NCBI RefSeq assembly: GCF_011386835.1
Contig: NC_088797.1
Coordinates: 30,318,001-30,382,000 of the forward strand
DNA from: Chrysemys picta bellii
Taxonomy: Eukaryota
DNA: 64,000 bases
Direction of reading: 5' to 3'
The stretch's first letter is position 1, and the number at the start of each line of letters is the position of its first letter. Below the pieces are notes generated by a model. It was not told the origin of the DNA and searched no databases. It saw nothing but the letters and a program-made list of their open reading frames with translations. Shown piece after piece: positions 24,101 to 35,400 of the stretch. Both the position numbers and the translations under genes were made by a program.

Positions 24101-27100
24101 CGGGCCCTGGTGCCCCCCAGACCTGAGCCTCCAACTCCACAGCCAGAGCCTGCAGTTCCCCCTGCTCCCCTTTGGCCAGGCCGGGCCCCAGCGCTCCCCG
24201 CAGCTCCTGGGTCTCCTCCTTGTGCTGCATGGCAGCATCATGGGCCAGCGGCATCTCAGCCAGTGCCCGGTGCTCCCCGGTCAGGTCTCGGGTGCCTGGA
24301 CGCAGCTGCCAGCAGGTTTCCAGCAGCCCCTTGTGCAGGCTCTCAGAAGCAGCCAGGCGCCGGCGCAGCCCCAAAACCTCAGCCCTCAGGGCCTGCAGCT
24401 CTGTGGGGGGCTCCGGCTCCCGGCCCCGCTCCCCACCGGGCACCAGCCTGCCCACAGCTCGGGGATCCTGTGCTGAGGAACCTGGGGGGAAGGCAAACAG
24501 AGCAGAGAGGGAGCAGTTAGGGGGACATGGTGCCAGGGGGCACCCCTGGGCCCATGTTAGGCTGCCGCAGGGTAGAGAGAGACCCCCCCAGACCTCCCCA
24601 TGGTCCCTGAGACACACACCCAGCCCCCCTTCGTAACCCCCATACCCACAGACACCACCCCTCCTACCCCCATACACCTACTCCCCTGCAGGTCCCCCAC
24701 CCCCACCACAGCCCCGGGCTGGACCCCCAAACCCACAGGGCCAAACACCCAGCCTTGTCCACTGCCCCCCTTTCAGCATCCCCTCCTCCCCCCACCTCTG
24801 ATACCCGCTTCCTCCGGGCCCTGTCTTCCCCTCCCCGGCCTCACCCTGACCCCACTCCCTCATCTCACCTCTGACCTTCCCAGCTGCCCCTCGTTTCTCG
24901 GGTGCCCGCTCCAGCCGGGAGCTGCTGAGGCTGCGCCGGCCACAGCCTGGGGGGCGCCGCTGCTGCTCTGATCCCCCCAGGCCCTGCTGAAGATAGGTGT
25001 GTGAGTGACGTGGGCTCTGACAGGGCAGGGGCCTGGCTGGCTCAGAGGGGTGGGAAATGGGATATGAGGCACTGGCTCCATTTGCTGATTAAACAGTCCC
25101 TTCTGCCCCTTGGCACCGACACCTCTCTCACCTTGTTTGGTGGGCGGTGGGGGGGCTCAGGGATGTCCAACCGGGTAACCTGCTGCTCCAGCGCTTCCCG
25201 ATGGTGCCGCTCCAGCTTCGCCAGCTCCTGCAACAGACAGGGGGTGATATGCAACATGACAACTGCCGGAGCCCCAAGTGCGGGGTGGAGGGGATCCAAG
25301 GGGTCTCCCTGTGGTGAGTGGGGGGCTCAGCCTGGTGGGACCCCAGCCCTAGCTGAGTGCAACACAGTCCTTTCGGGTCCCCTTGTAAGGCTGTTCTGGC
25401 CTGAGAAGCACTTGGCCAGCCACAGCAGTGTGGGGCTGTTGCACACAGGGGGGATTAGTGCAGTGGGGTCAGGGGCTGAAGGGAGGGGAGGAAAGTGGCA
25501 GGGTACTATTGGGAAGGTGGGGCTGTGCTGGGTGTGGGGGAGGGACTGTGAGGTGGGGATGAGGCGCCTGGGGGAGGGGGCTGTGCCAAGTTGGGGGGAT
25601 TGTGCCGTAGAAGGGAGTAGCAGGGTGTGGGCTGTGCAGCACGGGTTCTCCCACCTGCCGGTGCTCCCTCTCCTGCTGCTCCAGGCGGCGCTGCGTGGCC
25701 CCTGCTCTCTGCCTCTGGCCCCTCAGCTCCTCCAACAGCTGCTGCACCCGCCGTTCCAGGGCACTCACCTGGGGGGGCAACAATGTGTCAGACTTGGGCA
25801 AGCCCTCCAGTGGCTCCATGGAGAACCAACAGACACCCCAAGGGCTACATCCCTCACCTAGCCCCTCCAGAGGTGCCAGTTCTGTGTATCCTGCTTGTTC
25901 ACCACAGCTGGGGAGGGGAGGATGGGATCTGCAACAGGAATATGAGTGGGGGGGATAAAGATAAAGGGGGGTGCAATCCCTCCCCCTCCCCTCTGGGGCT
26001 GCCTCATAGCACCAGGGCCAATCAGAGGGGGGGGGCTAGGAGAGCCTCAAGCTCAAAGGGGGCCTCAAATTTAGACACTTGTTAATTTTTTGGCATTTGA
26101 TAAATTTCACAACTTGTTTTTATGCGCATCCCTATCGGACCGAAATGTGACAGACTCTCTCAGCTTAGAGCTGCAGATTTAAGCAAATACGAGATGTGAT
26201 CTGGTAAAAGACATCATTTTTTTGTTAACTGATATAGATTTTGTCATATTAAAGAGTTAAAAATGTTCATAAATATTAATAAAAATGTATCGGTTCTGAT
26301 GGGACAAGATTAGACCACGTGTCATAATTTTTGATGTTTATTATGGCTAGGGGCCTCTCTGGACCTCTGAGAGGGCCCAAATAGCGCCACTGCATTCTCT
26401 GCTCTAGGCCTCCCCCCTCTGATCCCTGCAGCCCCTGTGCTCCAAGGACTAGAGCCCCACCTCGTGGCAGCAGTCAGTACTGCACCCTGCAGCAGCTCCA
26501 TGCCCCCCACCGTGTGGCAGCAGGCGGTACTGCACCCTGCAGCAGTTCCATGAGCCTCCAAGTGGCCCTTCCCACCCAGTATGAGGCTAACCCATTTTCC
26601 CTCTGGTCTCTCCCATGCTCACCTTAGTGACTGCCTGGTCCCGCTGCTCTGTGCACTGGGCCAACTCCTGCTGCACTGACTGCAGTTCCCCCCTCAACTC
26701 CCAGGCCTCCATGTCAGGGGGGCCTTGCCCCGGCCCTGCAGGGGAGAGGATAGGGGTGAGAAACGGCAATGCTGCCCTCAATGGCCTGGGGCCATTACCC
26801 TCCTGCTCTCCTCCACCATCATGAGCCATATGGGCTTCCACCACTGGCACCAAGGACGGGCTGGGCCCATAGTCCTTGAGTCTAGTTCCTCACACCCCTC
26901 CACCCCTGCACCCCTTGGCTCATCCCCAGGGCCAGCTCTAGGCACCAGCATTCCAAGCAGGTGCTTGGGGCGGCACTTCTCAAGGGGCAGCATTCTGGCC
27001 CTTTGGGGGCGGTTCTTTTCAAGGGGCGGCACTCTGGGTTTTTTTTATTTTATTTTTTTGCTTGGGGCGGCAAAAAACCTGGAGCCGGCCCAGCTCATCC

Positions 27101-29664
27101 CCCTCCCCAGCCACCACTGGACACCAGCCCCAGTTCTCTCCTGTGCAGACCCCCCCCAAACCGGACACCAGCCCCAGTGTAACCAAGTTACCCAGAATGC
27201 TTCACTCCCAGGAACTGGAGATCAGCCTGGATCTCAGGGGTGAGAACAGGGGGGTTCCCTCTAATGCCCCTCCCCTGGCCCAGTCCTTCCCAGGACCCAT
27301 CCAGATCCCCACTATAGGAAGGGCAGGGCAGGGTCAGGTTGGGGGGCTGGGTGACCTGCTCACAAGGAGAAACTGCCATAGCTAGGTTGGGCGTGAAGAG
27401 GTTAACTTCCCACCCACACACACACAGTCTCTCCCAACATCATTGGAGTTTTACCTGCATTCTCCTCTCTAGGTTCCTCCCCAGGGGATGGGATCCCCTG
27501 ACTGTTCTCTGGGGGGGCAGGGCCCCCAGGAGGGACACTGTGCCAGGCAGCCCCTCGATGCACGAGCGGCTCCTCCCCCAATGTGGAGCTGCTGGGCTGC
27601 AACTGGAGAAGGGGAGATAAGGGGGTGAGGGATACAGGCCTTTACTAAATGCACCCCAGTTGTATGGGGCAGGGGCTTCAGCTCAGGAGTGAGGGGCACA
27701 AGCAGATAGAGGCAGGGCCACCCAGAGGATTCAGGGGACCTGGGGTCTTCAGCAGCGGGAGGCCCCTGCCGCTGAATTGCCGCCGAAGACCCGGCATTTC
27801 AGCGGCGGGTCCCGGGGCGGAAGGATCCCCTGCCGCAGAGGTCTTCAGGGCACTTCAGCAGCGGGTCCCGGAGCGGAAGGACCCCCCGCCGCCAAACTGC
27901 CGCCGAAGACCCAGAGCGGAAGAAGCTCCGGGGGTCCGGGCGCCACGAGAGTTTTCCGGGGCCCCCGGAGCGAGTGAAGGACCCCGCTCCAGGGGCCCCG
28001 AAAAACTCTTGTGGGGGCCCCTGCGGGGCCTGGGGAAAATTGTCCCACTTGCCCCCCCCTCTGGGCGGCCCTGGATAGAGGTGGGAGAACCAAGGCCTGG
28101 GATACCAGGGGGCTGCAGGTTGGGATTGAGGGACACTGGCAGAGCTGGAGGTGGGGGAACTTGGGGTGGGATGGTGGGGGTTGGAGGTCGGGGTTGAGGG
28201 TCACCCTCTGTACTCACTCTCATGCTGGGTGTTCGGGGTCTGTTCTCTAGTCTGGGATTTTGCTCCCAGGTGCTCAGCTCAACTCCTGCGAGGAGACAGA
28301 CCTGGTCAGCTCTGCAGGGCCGATGACCAGCTCCCCAAGGGGTCAGACTGTCCCCCCCCCACCCCCTCCTCAACAGTCTGCAACAAGCTCTAATCCCCCA
28401 TCAGCCTGGGACAGGAATGAGCCCCCCTCCCTCCTGCCCTCCTCACCTTCATCCTGGGGGGCCCAGCAATGGAGCAGGGGGGTGCTTGACCGCAGGTTAT
28501 CCAGCTCTGCCTGGCACCTGGGGGGACCCCAGAGAGAGATTAGTGCTGCTTGCCAGGTGCCCCCTCATACCCATCCCCAGTGCCCCCCATCCCCATAGCT
28601 CCCCCAGTGCCCCTCACCCCAACACTGCTCCACTCAGCCCCATCCCCCACCCCGCACAGTGTTCCCCCCACCCCAACACCACAAATCACTCCCTTCGGTG
28701 CCCCTCATCATCCTCTGGGCACCCCCCCACACTCTTACTCTGCCCCCTGATCCTGCCACCACTATCCCAACAATGTACCTCCCAGATTCCCTCACCTTTC
28801 CCCAGGCACCACCCCCAGATCACACCATCCCTACCCCAACAATATCCCCTACTGCACTCTCACATCCCCTCACCTTCCCTTGGGCACCCCCCAATCCTGA
28901 CCTCCAGATACCCCTGGGCACTTCCTCCACCTGCTCCTGGGCAGCACCCCACTTAGTGCTGTTCCCCCTCCTGTCTCAGGCAGTGCCTCTGACACCCCCC
29001 CTTGTCCCACTGGCATCCCCATCCCCCGGCCAGTACCTCCGCAGCTCCTCCTCCAGCTCCTCAATGCGCTGGGTGGCCCGGCCCAGCTGCCCCTCCAGCT
29101 GGCTCAGTTGCGCCCCCTTTGCCTGGAGCTCCCGGCTCAGTTGCTGGCGCCCGCACTCCAGCCGCTCGCAGGCCTCGGCCAGGTCCCGCCGCTCCCGGGC
29201 CAGCAGCGCCCACGTGCCACGCTCCTCCTTGTGCTACAAGGGATGGAGTGTGAGCGTGCAAGGCCGGGGGGAGAAGCCCAAGAGTGCACAGCCCAGAGGT
29301 GGGGGCATATGGTGGGCATGGAGACACGAACTCTGCTCTGGCCCAGGGCTGGGAGAACTGGCTGGTTCAGGAGCATGGGGCATGGGCAATGGGCCTTGCA
29401 GCATGGCCACTGACTCAGCCATAACGGTGCTTGGCCTGCTGGGAGCCACGGGCTGCCCTCCCTGGGTGCCACCCCCCATCAGTGTGGGGGGCACCCATGT
29501 ACCTTCTGCCTCTGCTTGTGTAGCACGGCCTCCAGTGTGTCCAGCTGTGCCTGCTTCTGGACCCGCTCCTTGTTGGCCCACTCCAGGCGCTGCTCCAGCT
29601 CCCTCACCCCCTGCAGTGCCCGTGCCGGCAGCCCCTCCTGCCAAGCCTCGCCTGGCCAGCTCAT
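21110..29664 (-). CDS. Centromere protein F-like coiled-coil protein (short CENP-F paralogue, ~1013 aa)
   Basis: Thirteen GT-AG exons with consistent phase: 29664-29503, 29233-29037, 28517-28447, 28285-28218, 27602-27455, 26735-26623, 25768-25655, 25227-25132, 24986-24869, 24481-23004, 22554-22368, 22064-21918, 21252-21110 (3042 nt). The N-terminus MSWPGEAWQEGLPARALQGVRELEQRL resembles CENP-F MSWALEEWKEGLPTRALQKIQELEGQL. The C-terminal YEPYGLPEVVMKGFADIPSGPSCPYVLRR resembles CENP-F FEPEGLPEVVKKGFADIPTGKTSPYILRR. Confidence 0.88.
23229..23752 (-). repeat. Coding minisatellite, 15 units of 36/33 bp encoding (A/P)EPPPTVPEP(G)P
   Basis: GGGACTGTGGGGGGCGGCTCAGCGGGGCCGGGCTCT units; eleven 12-aa-type and four 11-aa units, all frame-preserving. 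Confidence 0.95.
26927..27093. mobile_element. hAT-type MITE (CAGGGCCGGCTC family)
   Basis: Slightly mutated TIRs; perfect 8-bp TSD CTCATCCC (26919-26926, 27094-27101). Confidence 0.85.
27713..28073. mobile_element. hAT-type MITE, second family
   Basis: TIRs CAGGGCC(A/G)CCCAGAGG; perfect 8-bp TSD GATAGAGG (27705-27712, 28074-28081). Confidence 0.88.
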
Positions 29665-29769
29665 GGCGCCCTCTCCCCTGCCCAAGGCTGGGCCCCTCCA
29701 GCCCCTGCTGCTTGCTCCAAGGACAGACACTGCCGGGATGCAGCAGGGATTAGCAGGGATTAGACATCA

Positions 29770-30450
29770 CAGCCCAGAGAAAGACAGAGCACTAGGGGGC
29801 GCTGGGCCGCAGGGAGCAGCAGGGGTCACTGGGCCGCAAAGAGCAGGATAGGGCTTGTCAGGGGGCACTGGGGAGCAGGCTCAGCGGGGGGCGCTGGGCC
29901 ACAGGGAGCGGGGCGAGGAGTCAGCCAAGGGCGCTGGGCCACAGGGAGTGATGCAGGCCTCAGCGGGGAGGGGAGGGGGTGCTAGGGAGCAGGGCAGGGC
30001 TTGTCAGGGGGCACTGGGCTGCAGGGAGCACTAGGCCACAGGGAGGGGGGGCCACAGGGAGGGGGGCAAGGACTCGGTAGGGTGTGCTGGGCCACATGGA
30101 GTGGAGCAGTGGCTCAGCAGGTGGTGCTGGGCTGCAGGGAGTGGCACAGGGCTTGTTGGGGGGCACTGGGCCCCAGGGAGCAGGGCAGGGATTCGACAGG
30201 GGGTGCTGGGCCCCAGGGAGCAGAGCAGGGCTCAGCAGGGAGCACTGGGCCGCTGGCCGCAGAGCAGGGCTCATTGCGGGGTGCTCGGTCACAGGGAGCA
30301 GGGTGGCGGGTGCTGGGCCATAGGGAGCGGGGGCCGGGGCAGGGCCACAGGGAGCAGGGTGGGGGATGCTGAGCCGCAGGGAGTGGGGCAGGGGTTCTGG
30401 TCCACGGGTCCCTGGGGGGCATTGAGCAGGGTGGGGGACTGGGCCACAGG
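29770..30450. repeat. GC-rich minisatellite upstream of the CENPF-like start exon
   Basis: Recurrent GGGGGCGCTGGGCCACAGGGAGCAGGG units. Confidence 0.85.
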
Positions 30451-31544
30451 AAGTGCTGTTTTTCATATGGGTGACTCCATTCCAGGCCCCCAGCCAACCC
30501 CCTCCCTTCAGCAGTTTCCCTTGCAAACAAAAAGATTTCCCTTCCCGTCCTGTCCTTCACTCTTGTGCTGTTATTGCGTGACTCCAATCAGCTGCCTCAC
30601 CCCATCCGAGAGCAGAGAATGGAACCCAGGCGTCCTGCCTCCCAGTGCCCCCTGCTTGAACCCAGCAGAACACACTCCCCAGGCGTGCTCAGAAGCAGCT
30701 AGGCCTTGTCAGCCTCCGTGCAAGCCAGCCCCAAGCAGTTATAAAGAGGAGCTGGTTTTATAGAGGCTACTGGAACCATGGGCAAGGTCAAGGAGGCTGA
30801 GGGAGCTCTGCCTGTTTGTTCAGCTAGGGCCAGAGGGCTTGGGGGCGAAGCTGGTTTTCCAAGACATCAAGGCCAGGCACACCCGTTATGACCCTCTCCT
30901 CTCTAAGAGCCAAGATAGAAGCCAGTAGTCCAGGCTTCCAGCCCCCATTGCAAGTGCTGCGTCAATCTAGGTGTCGCCAAAGTGTGTGGGGTAAACATGG
31001 AGAAAGGGGCAGGCCTTAGTCAGGCAGAGAACCCAGGTGTCTGGGGCAGGGCCTGCCTCAGAATCCAAGAAACTAGGGCAAGAGCTAGTCCTCGGTGACC
31101 TCTAACTCCTGCGCCGGGCTGAGCTGGCTCTAGCGGCACGCGGGTGGATCAGCTTATGGAGGGATTAGCGGGGGCAGGCAGGGTAACAGCACCTGCCTGC
31201 GAGGGAGGGACAGTGCCACTCCTGCAGGGCAAGGGGCAGAAGGGATTAGGATGGGCAATATAAAGGGCGGCCGAGATGGAATAAATACAGGGCAGCTCTG
31301 GGGGCAATGCCCCTCGCAGACCAACAGGCAGCTCCAGTCCCCTGGGGGGAGGGTTGCCAGGACATGGCTCTCTTCCCCACCCCAATCACCTATGCTGGGC
31401 CAACGTGGGGGCAGGTTGCTGATTAACCCCATCAGGCTGGGGGTTTAAAGTCCAAGGAGCGAGGGCAGAGATGTAGCCCAGTTGCACACAGTGCTTGTGC
31501 CAGCCAAGGAGGGGGCGGGGAAAACTACCTGCTGCAGCTCATGC

Positions 31545-31840
31545 ATTCTGTAGCAGAGCTGGGAACAGAACCCAGGAGTCCTGGCTCCCAGCCCCACCCC
31601 ACTCTAACCACTAGACCCCACTCCCCTCCAAGAGCTGGGAACAGAACTCAGGAGTCCTGGCTCCCAGCCCCACCCCACTCTAACCACTAGACCCCACTCC
31701 CCTCCAAGAGCTGGGAACAGAACTCAGGAGTCCTGGCTCCCAGTCCCCCGCACCCCTCCAGGATAGAACCCAGGAGCCCTGGCTCCCAGCCCCACCACAT
31801 TCTCCCCAAGCTGGGAACAGAACTGAGGAGTCCTGGCTTT
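31545..31840 (-). repeat. Tandem 76-bp array of tRNA-derived (MIR/SINE-head-like) units
   Basis: GGGAACAGAA recurs at 31561, 31637, 31713 (period 76) and 31813. The reverse strand reads ...TAGTGGTTAGAG...GGACTCCTGGGTTCT..., resembling A and B boxes. Confidence 0.7.
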
Positions 31841-31889
31841 CCGCACCCACAAAAGCCACACACAGAGGCTGTGCCACAAACACAAACCT

Positions 31890-31895
31890 TTTATT
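31890..31895 (-). terminator. GPR137 poly(A) signal
   Basis: AATAAA on the minus strand ~530 nt after the stop. Confidence 0.75.
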
Positions 31896-32425
31896 GAGCC
31901 TGGGGCGGAGGGACAGGACAGCACCAAAGCCTTGGGGTGGGAGGGCAGCGCTGGGGAGAGCTCTCGGAGGAGCCAGGAGCTGGCGTGCATCGGAGGGTAT
32001 GAACCGGCACCTGAGCCACAGTCTGGCACCTCACGACAGTGTGACCCCCCAGGGATGGTTCAGCTGCAGGCACGAATCCAGAGGGGGAACTCCTGACATG
32101 CAATTCTCCAGCACATTCAGCAGCAGGAGGAGGAGACAGTCCATTCTTCCTTTGACCCACGGGTGGACACTGGGATCCCTGCCCAAACTGGCCTGCACCC
32201 TCAGAGGCTGCAGCATGTGGGGTGGTGCCAAAGCCATCCCTGTGCGATCGGGAGGGGCGCTGTTTGGTTGGGGGTTGTTCAGCTGGAGGGTGCACAGAGC
32301 TGGGTCTCCTCCACTTCCTGCACTCAGAACTCATCCCTCCACATCCCCCTGCCTTCCACACTATTCAATCCTCGTGGCCCCATTTCACCAGCGTCCTCCT
32401 GTGACGCACGGGGTGGGGGGCGCAT

Positions 32426-35400
32426 CTAGGTCTGCGGGGTGGAGTAGAGGCTGTGGTGGTGGCTGGCCTGCACAGTGACCTGGGAGAAGAGCAGGGGAGT
32501 TGTGGGGGGCTGCCCCCCCAGCCAGTCCGGATCCCTCCCAGTCCGGCCAATGGCTCCATACCAGCTGCCGCTGCCCAGTCGGCCTGCCAGGCTGCAAGGC
32601 AGAGGGGGGGGGGGGTTACATGGAGTACCATCCTTCCATCCCACTCCCCAGAATAGGGTCCCCCCCATCTGCCCCACCCCTCCCCAAGCAGAGCCCCAGC
32701 AGGCATGAATCCAGAGGGGTTAGCTCCCAGCATGCAGTGCTCCAACGCTCCATTAGTGAGACCCCATTGGGGGTCAGTTCTCCTCCAGGGACCTTAAACC
32801 CAATGGAGGGAGAAGGACCCTGTGGACTCCCTCCCCACCCATTTATTCTCCCCCCAGGGGGTGTTACCTGCTGCTTCCCCTGGGGAGGGGCTCGCTCTGG
32901 TACTGCCCGGGGGACTAGAGGTCAAGGGGGGGGGTTACCTGCTTCCCTTCCTGCGGGAGGGCCCCTCGTTCTCGTATTGCCCGGGGTGGTCGAAGAAGTA
33001 AGACCGGGAGCCCCCGAGCTGCCCATTGATGATGTGGTTGGCACTCTGCCAGGGGGCGGAGGAGAGAAGAGACAGGCTATTATTGTAGAGGGAGGCCAGG
33101 TTTCTCTTCACCGCCCCCTCCCCCCTTCCCCAGGTGATTGCGACCCACCAGGCTGACCCACAGGAGAAGGGCTGTTCTGTGAGTGTGTGTGTGTGTGTGT
33201 GTGTGTAGATCCCCCCTGCCAGGCTGAGGCCTGCAACACCTTGTGGGGGTCCCCCCCTCTGCTGTAAGACTCCTGCCCCATAGAGGAAGCCATATTGCGC
33301 CAGCCCAGCTGTGCCATGAGGAGGGGGTTGGGGAATCCCTCATTGCTGGGAGGTACTCTGTGGGGGGGCCCTTCCTGACCCCAGGAGCTGCTAACTGACA
33401 TCTCAGCAGGCCACGCCCCTCCTCCCCGGCCTGGCATAACAAGTGGGCCTGCAAACCCACCCTGACTGCGAGAAGGGAGCGCAAGCTCAGAACACGTCAC
33501 AAGAGCCGGGGCCAGCAAACGCTGACAGGAAAGGAGCAAACGGAGCTGGATGCTGACGGATTTAACGCAAGGGCTGCTAATCAAGAGACGTGTCAGCCCA
33601 GAAATCAAGGGACCAAAATGGGTGTGTTGGAAATTAGGCCTAACTGGTGGACAAAATACTGAGGGGCTGGGCTTTCCTGCCCCTCACCCCCCTTCTGGGG
33701 CCCTTCAAAGAAAAGACTTTGGGGACAGGAAAAACAGGCTAATAACACCCAGGGATTGAGACAGGAGACCAGAAAAAGAGGCTGGCTGCTCCCCCATCTC
33801 CTGGGACCTCTGGATCCAGCATGATATCATTGGGCCTCTGTCATCCTGACCCTAGGAGATGCTCTTATCAGACCAGGCAAAGATGGACCCAGATGACACC
33901 TCCACCAGCTTTATTAAATACAAACACCACCTGGGAGACAGACTGTCACCCCATCCCATGCGTCCTTTTCCTCCCCCTGTTCCTCCATTATTTCTTCTCT
34001 TTCCCCTCCCTCTCCTTATGCCTCTTGTCTAATGAGCGGCTGGCTTAGCAGGCCCACACTGCAAATTTTGCAACACTGCCGTACACCTACGACCAAAGAG
34101 GCAGCTCAAAGCAGTGGCCTGAGGAGCCCGGAGCGGCTGGGGGGGTCCCTGTGCCCAGCCTGTGTTTCTCCAGCAGGGAGGCTGCAGGTGAAAGTCGGCT
34201 CCACAGAGGCCACGTTTCTCACTTGGCCGGGAGTTTTAATGTCCTATTGCGTGTTTGTCTTGTTTTGTTTTCTAGGGACCAGGGTGGGACCTTAGCAACG
34301 ACACCAGCCCAACCCTTCTGAACTAACTTCTGCTCCCCATCACGGGACAGTTATTACACCTTTACTGGCACCTCAGAGGCTGCCAGACGGGTTTTGCCCT
34401 TCCAGAAACTCCCCCCCGAGGGGAACTGGCACAAGGGCTGGGGTTACAAGTCTGCCTTTTCACATTTGAAACACTTTCACTGATTCGCCTCCTTTAGCTG
34501 TATCTGGTACCAAAGGTTCAGAGGGTGTTTAATGGGGTGGCTGCCATGGGGCTGAGCAGACCAAGGTCCCTGTACTCAAAATCCCAATTAAACCTTGGTT
34601 AGATCTGGATAGTGCCAGGGTCACGCAAACATCTTTGATTCTCTGCATCCAGTTATTCCTCCACAATTAACCCCGCAGGCCCTGCTCCACTCCCCCAATC
34701 CTGGGCTCCAGCTGCCCCACTCACCAGGTCCTGGGGAGGGCGGTGCACCCGGAAGAAGCCCACCAGTAGGGCAGTTGGCAGCAACTCCCACACAAAGAGG
34801 ATGAGGCCAAAGACCAAGTATCCTTGGTCCCCCAGGTCAGTGATCAGATCTGCCTGGAGGGGTGGGGGGAGACCGTTCAGATTCCTTTGGGGGTCTGGCC
34901 ACCAGCCCCAGGTGCCCGCTAAATTTTCACCAGCCAAAACGAGGCTCTGCCGAAGGGCTGAGGTGCTGCCCCCCCAAGAACAGAGAGCAAACAGTGGGGG
35001 AGAGATTGTGCCCAACTCCCCCAAACAGAGAGTTAGAGACACCAGTCCCCATGGAGGGGCAGCCCCCCGAGTCACCTAACCTCCCCGAACCACACCCACC
35101 CCTCCACCACATCCTGGAGCATCCCCCCAACTACCCTCCACATGCACCATACCCCCCCAGCCTTCTGGAGCCACTCACTCCCCCAGCCCCGCCATCTCCA
35201 CCCACAACACCTTGCAGGCCCCCTTGCCTCTCCATCGGTGCCAGCCCCCTCCCTGGAAGTCCCCCACTGTCTGCACTGACCTGGTCCGAAACATTGTACC
35301 AGTCGTAGTCGAAGGAGTCCAGCCGGGTGTGGGAGCTCAACGCCAGGGCCACCAGGTTGTAGCAGGCACGGCTGGCGTGCAGCAGCACCATGGTGCCACC

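Noticed and set aside
22774-24520. 435-, 430- and 284-aa plus-strand ORFs
   Set aside because: Antisense shadows of the CENPF-like large exon and its frame-preserving repeat.
21110-29664. Calling the coiled-coil gene CCDC88B (a nearby 11q13 gene) or the true CENPF orthologue
   Set aside because: There is no Hook-type N-terminus, and both ends match CENP-F motifs. Length, the missing CAAX and the KCNK4 neighbourhood argue against the orthologue.
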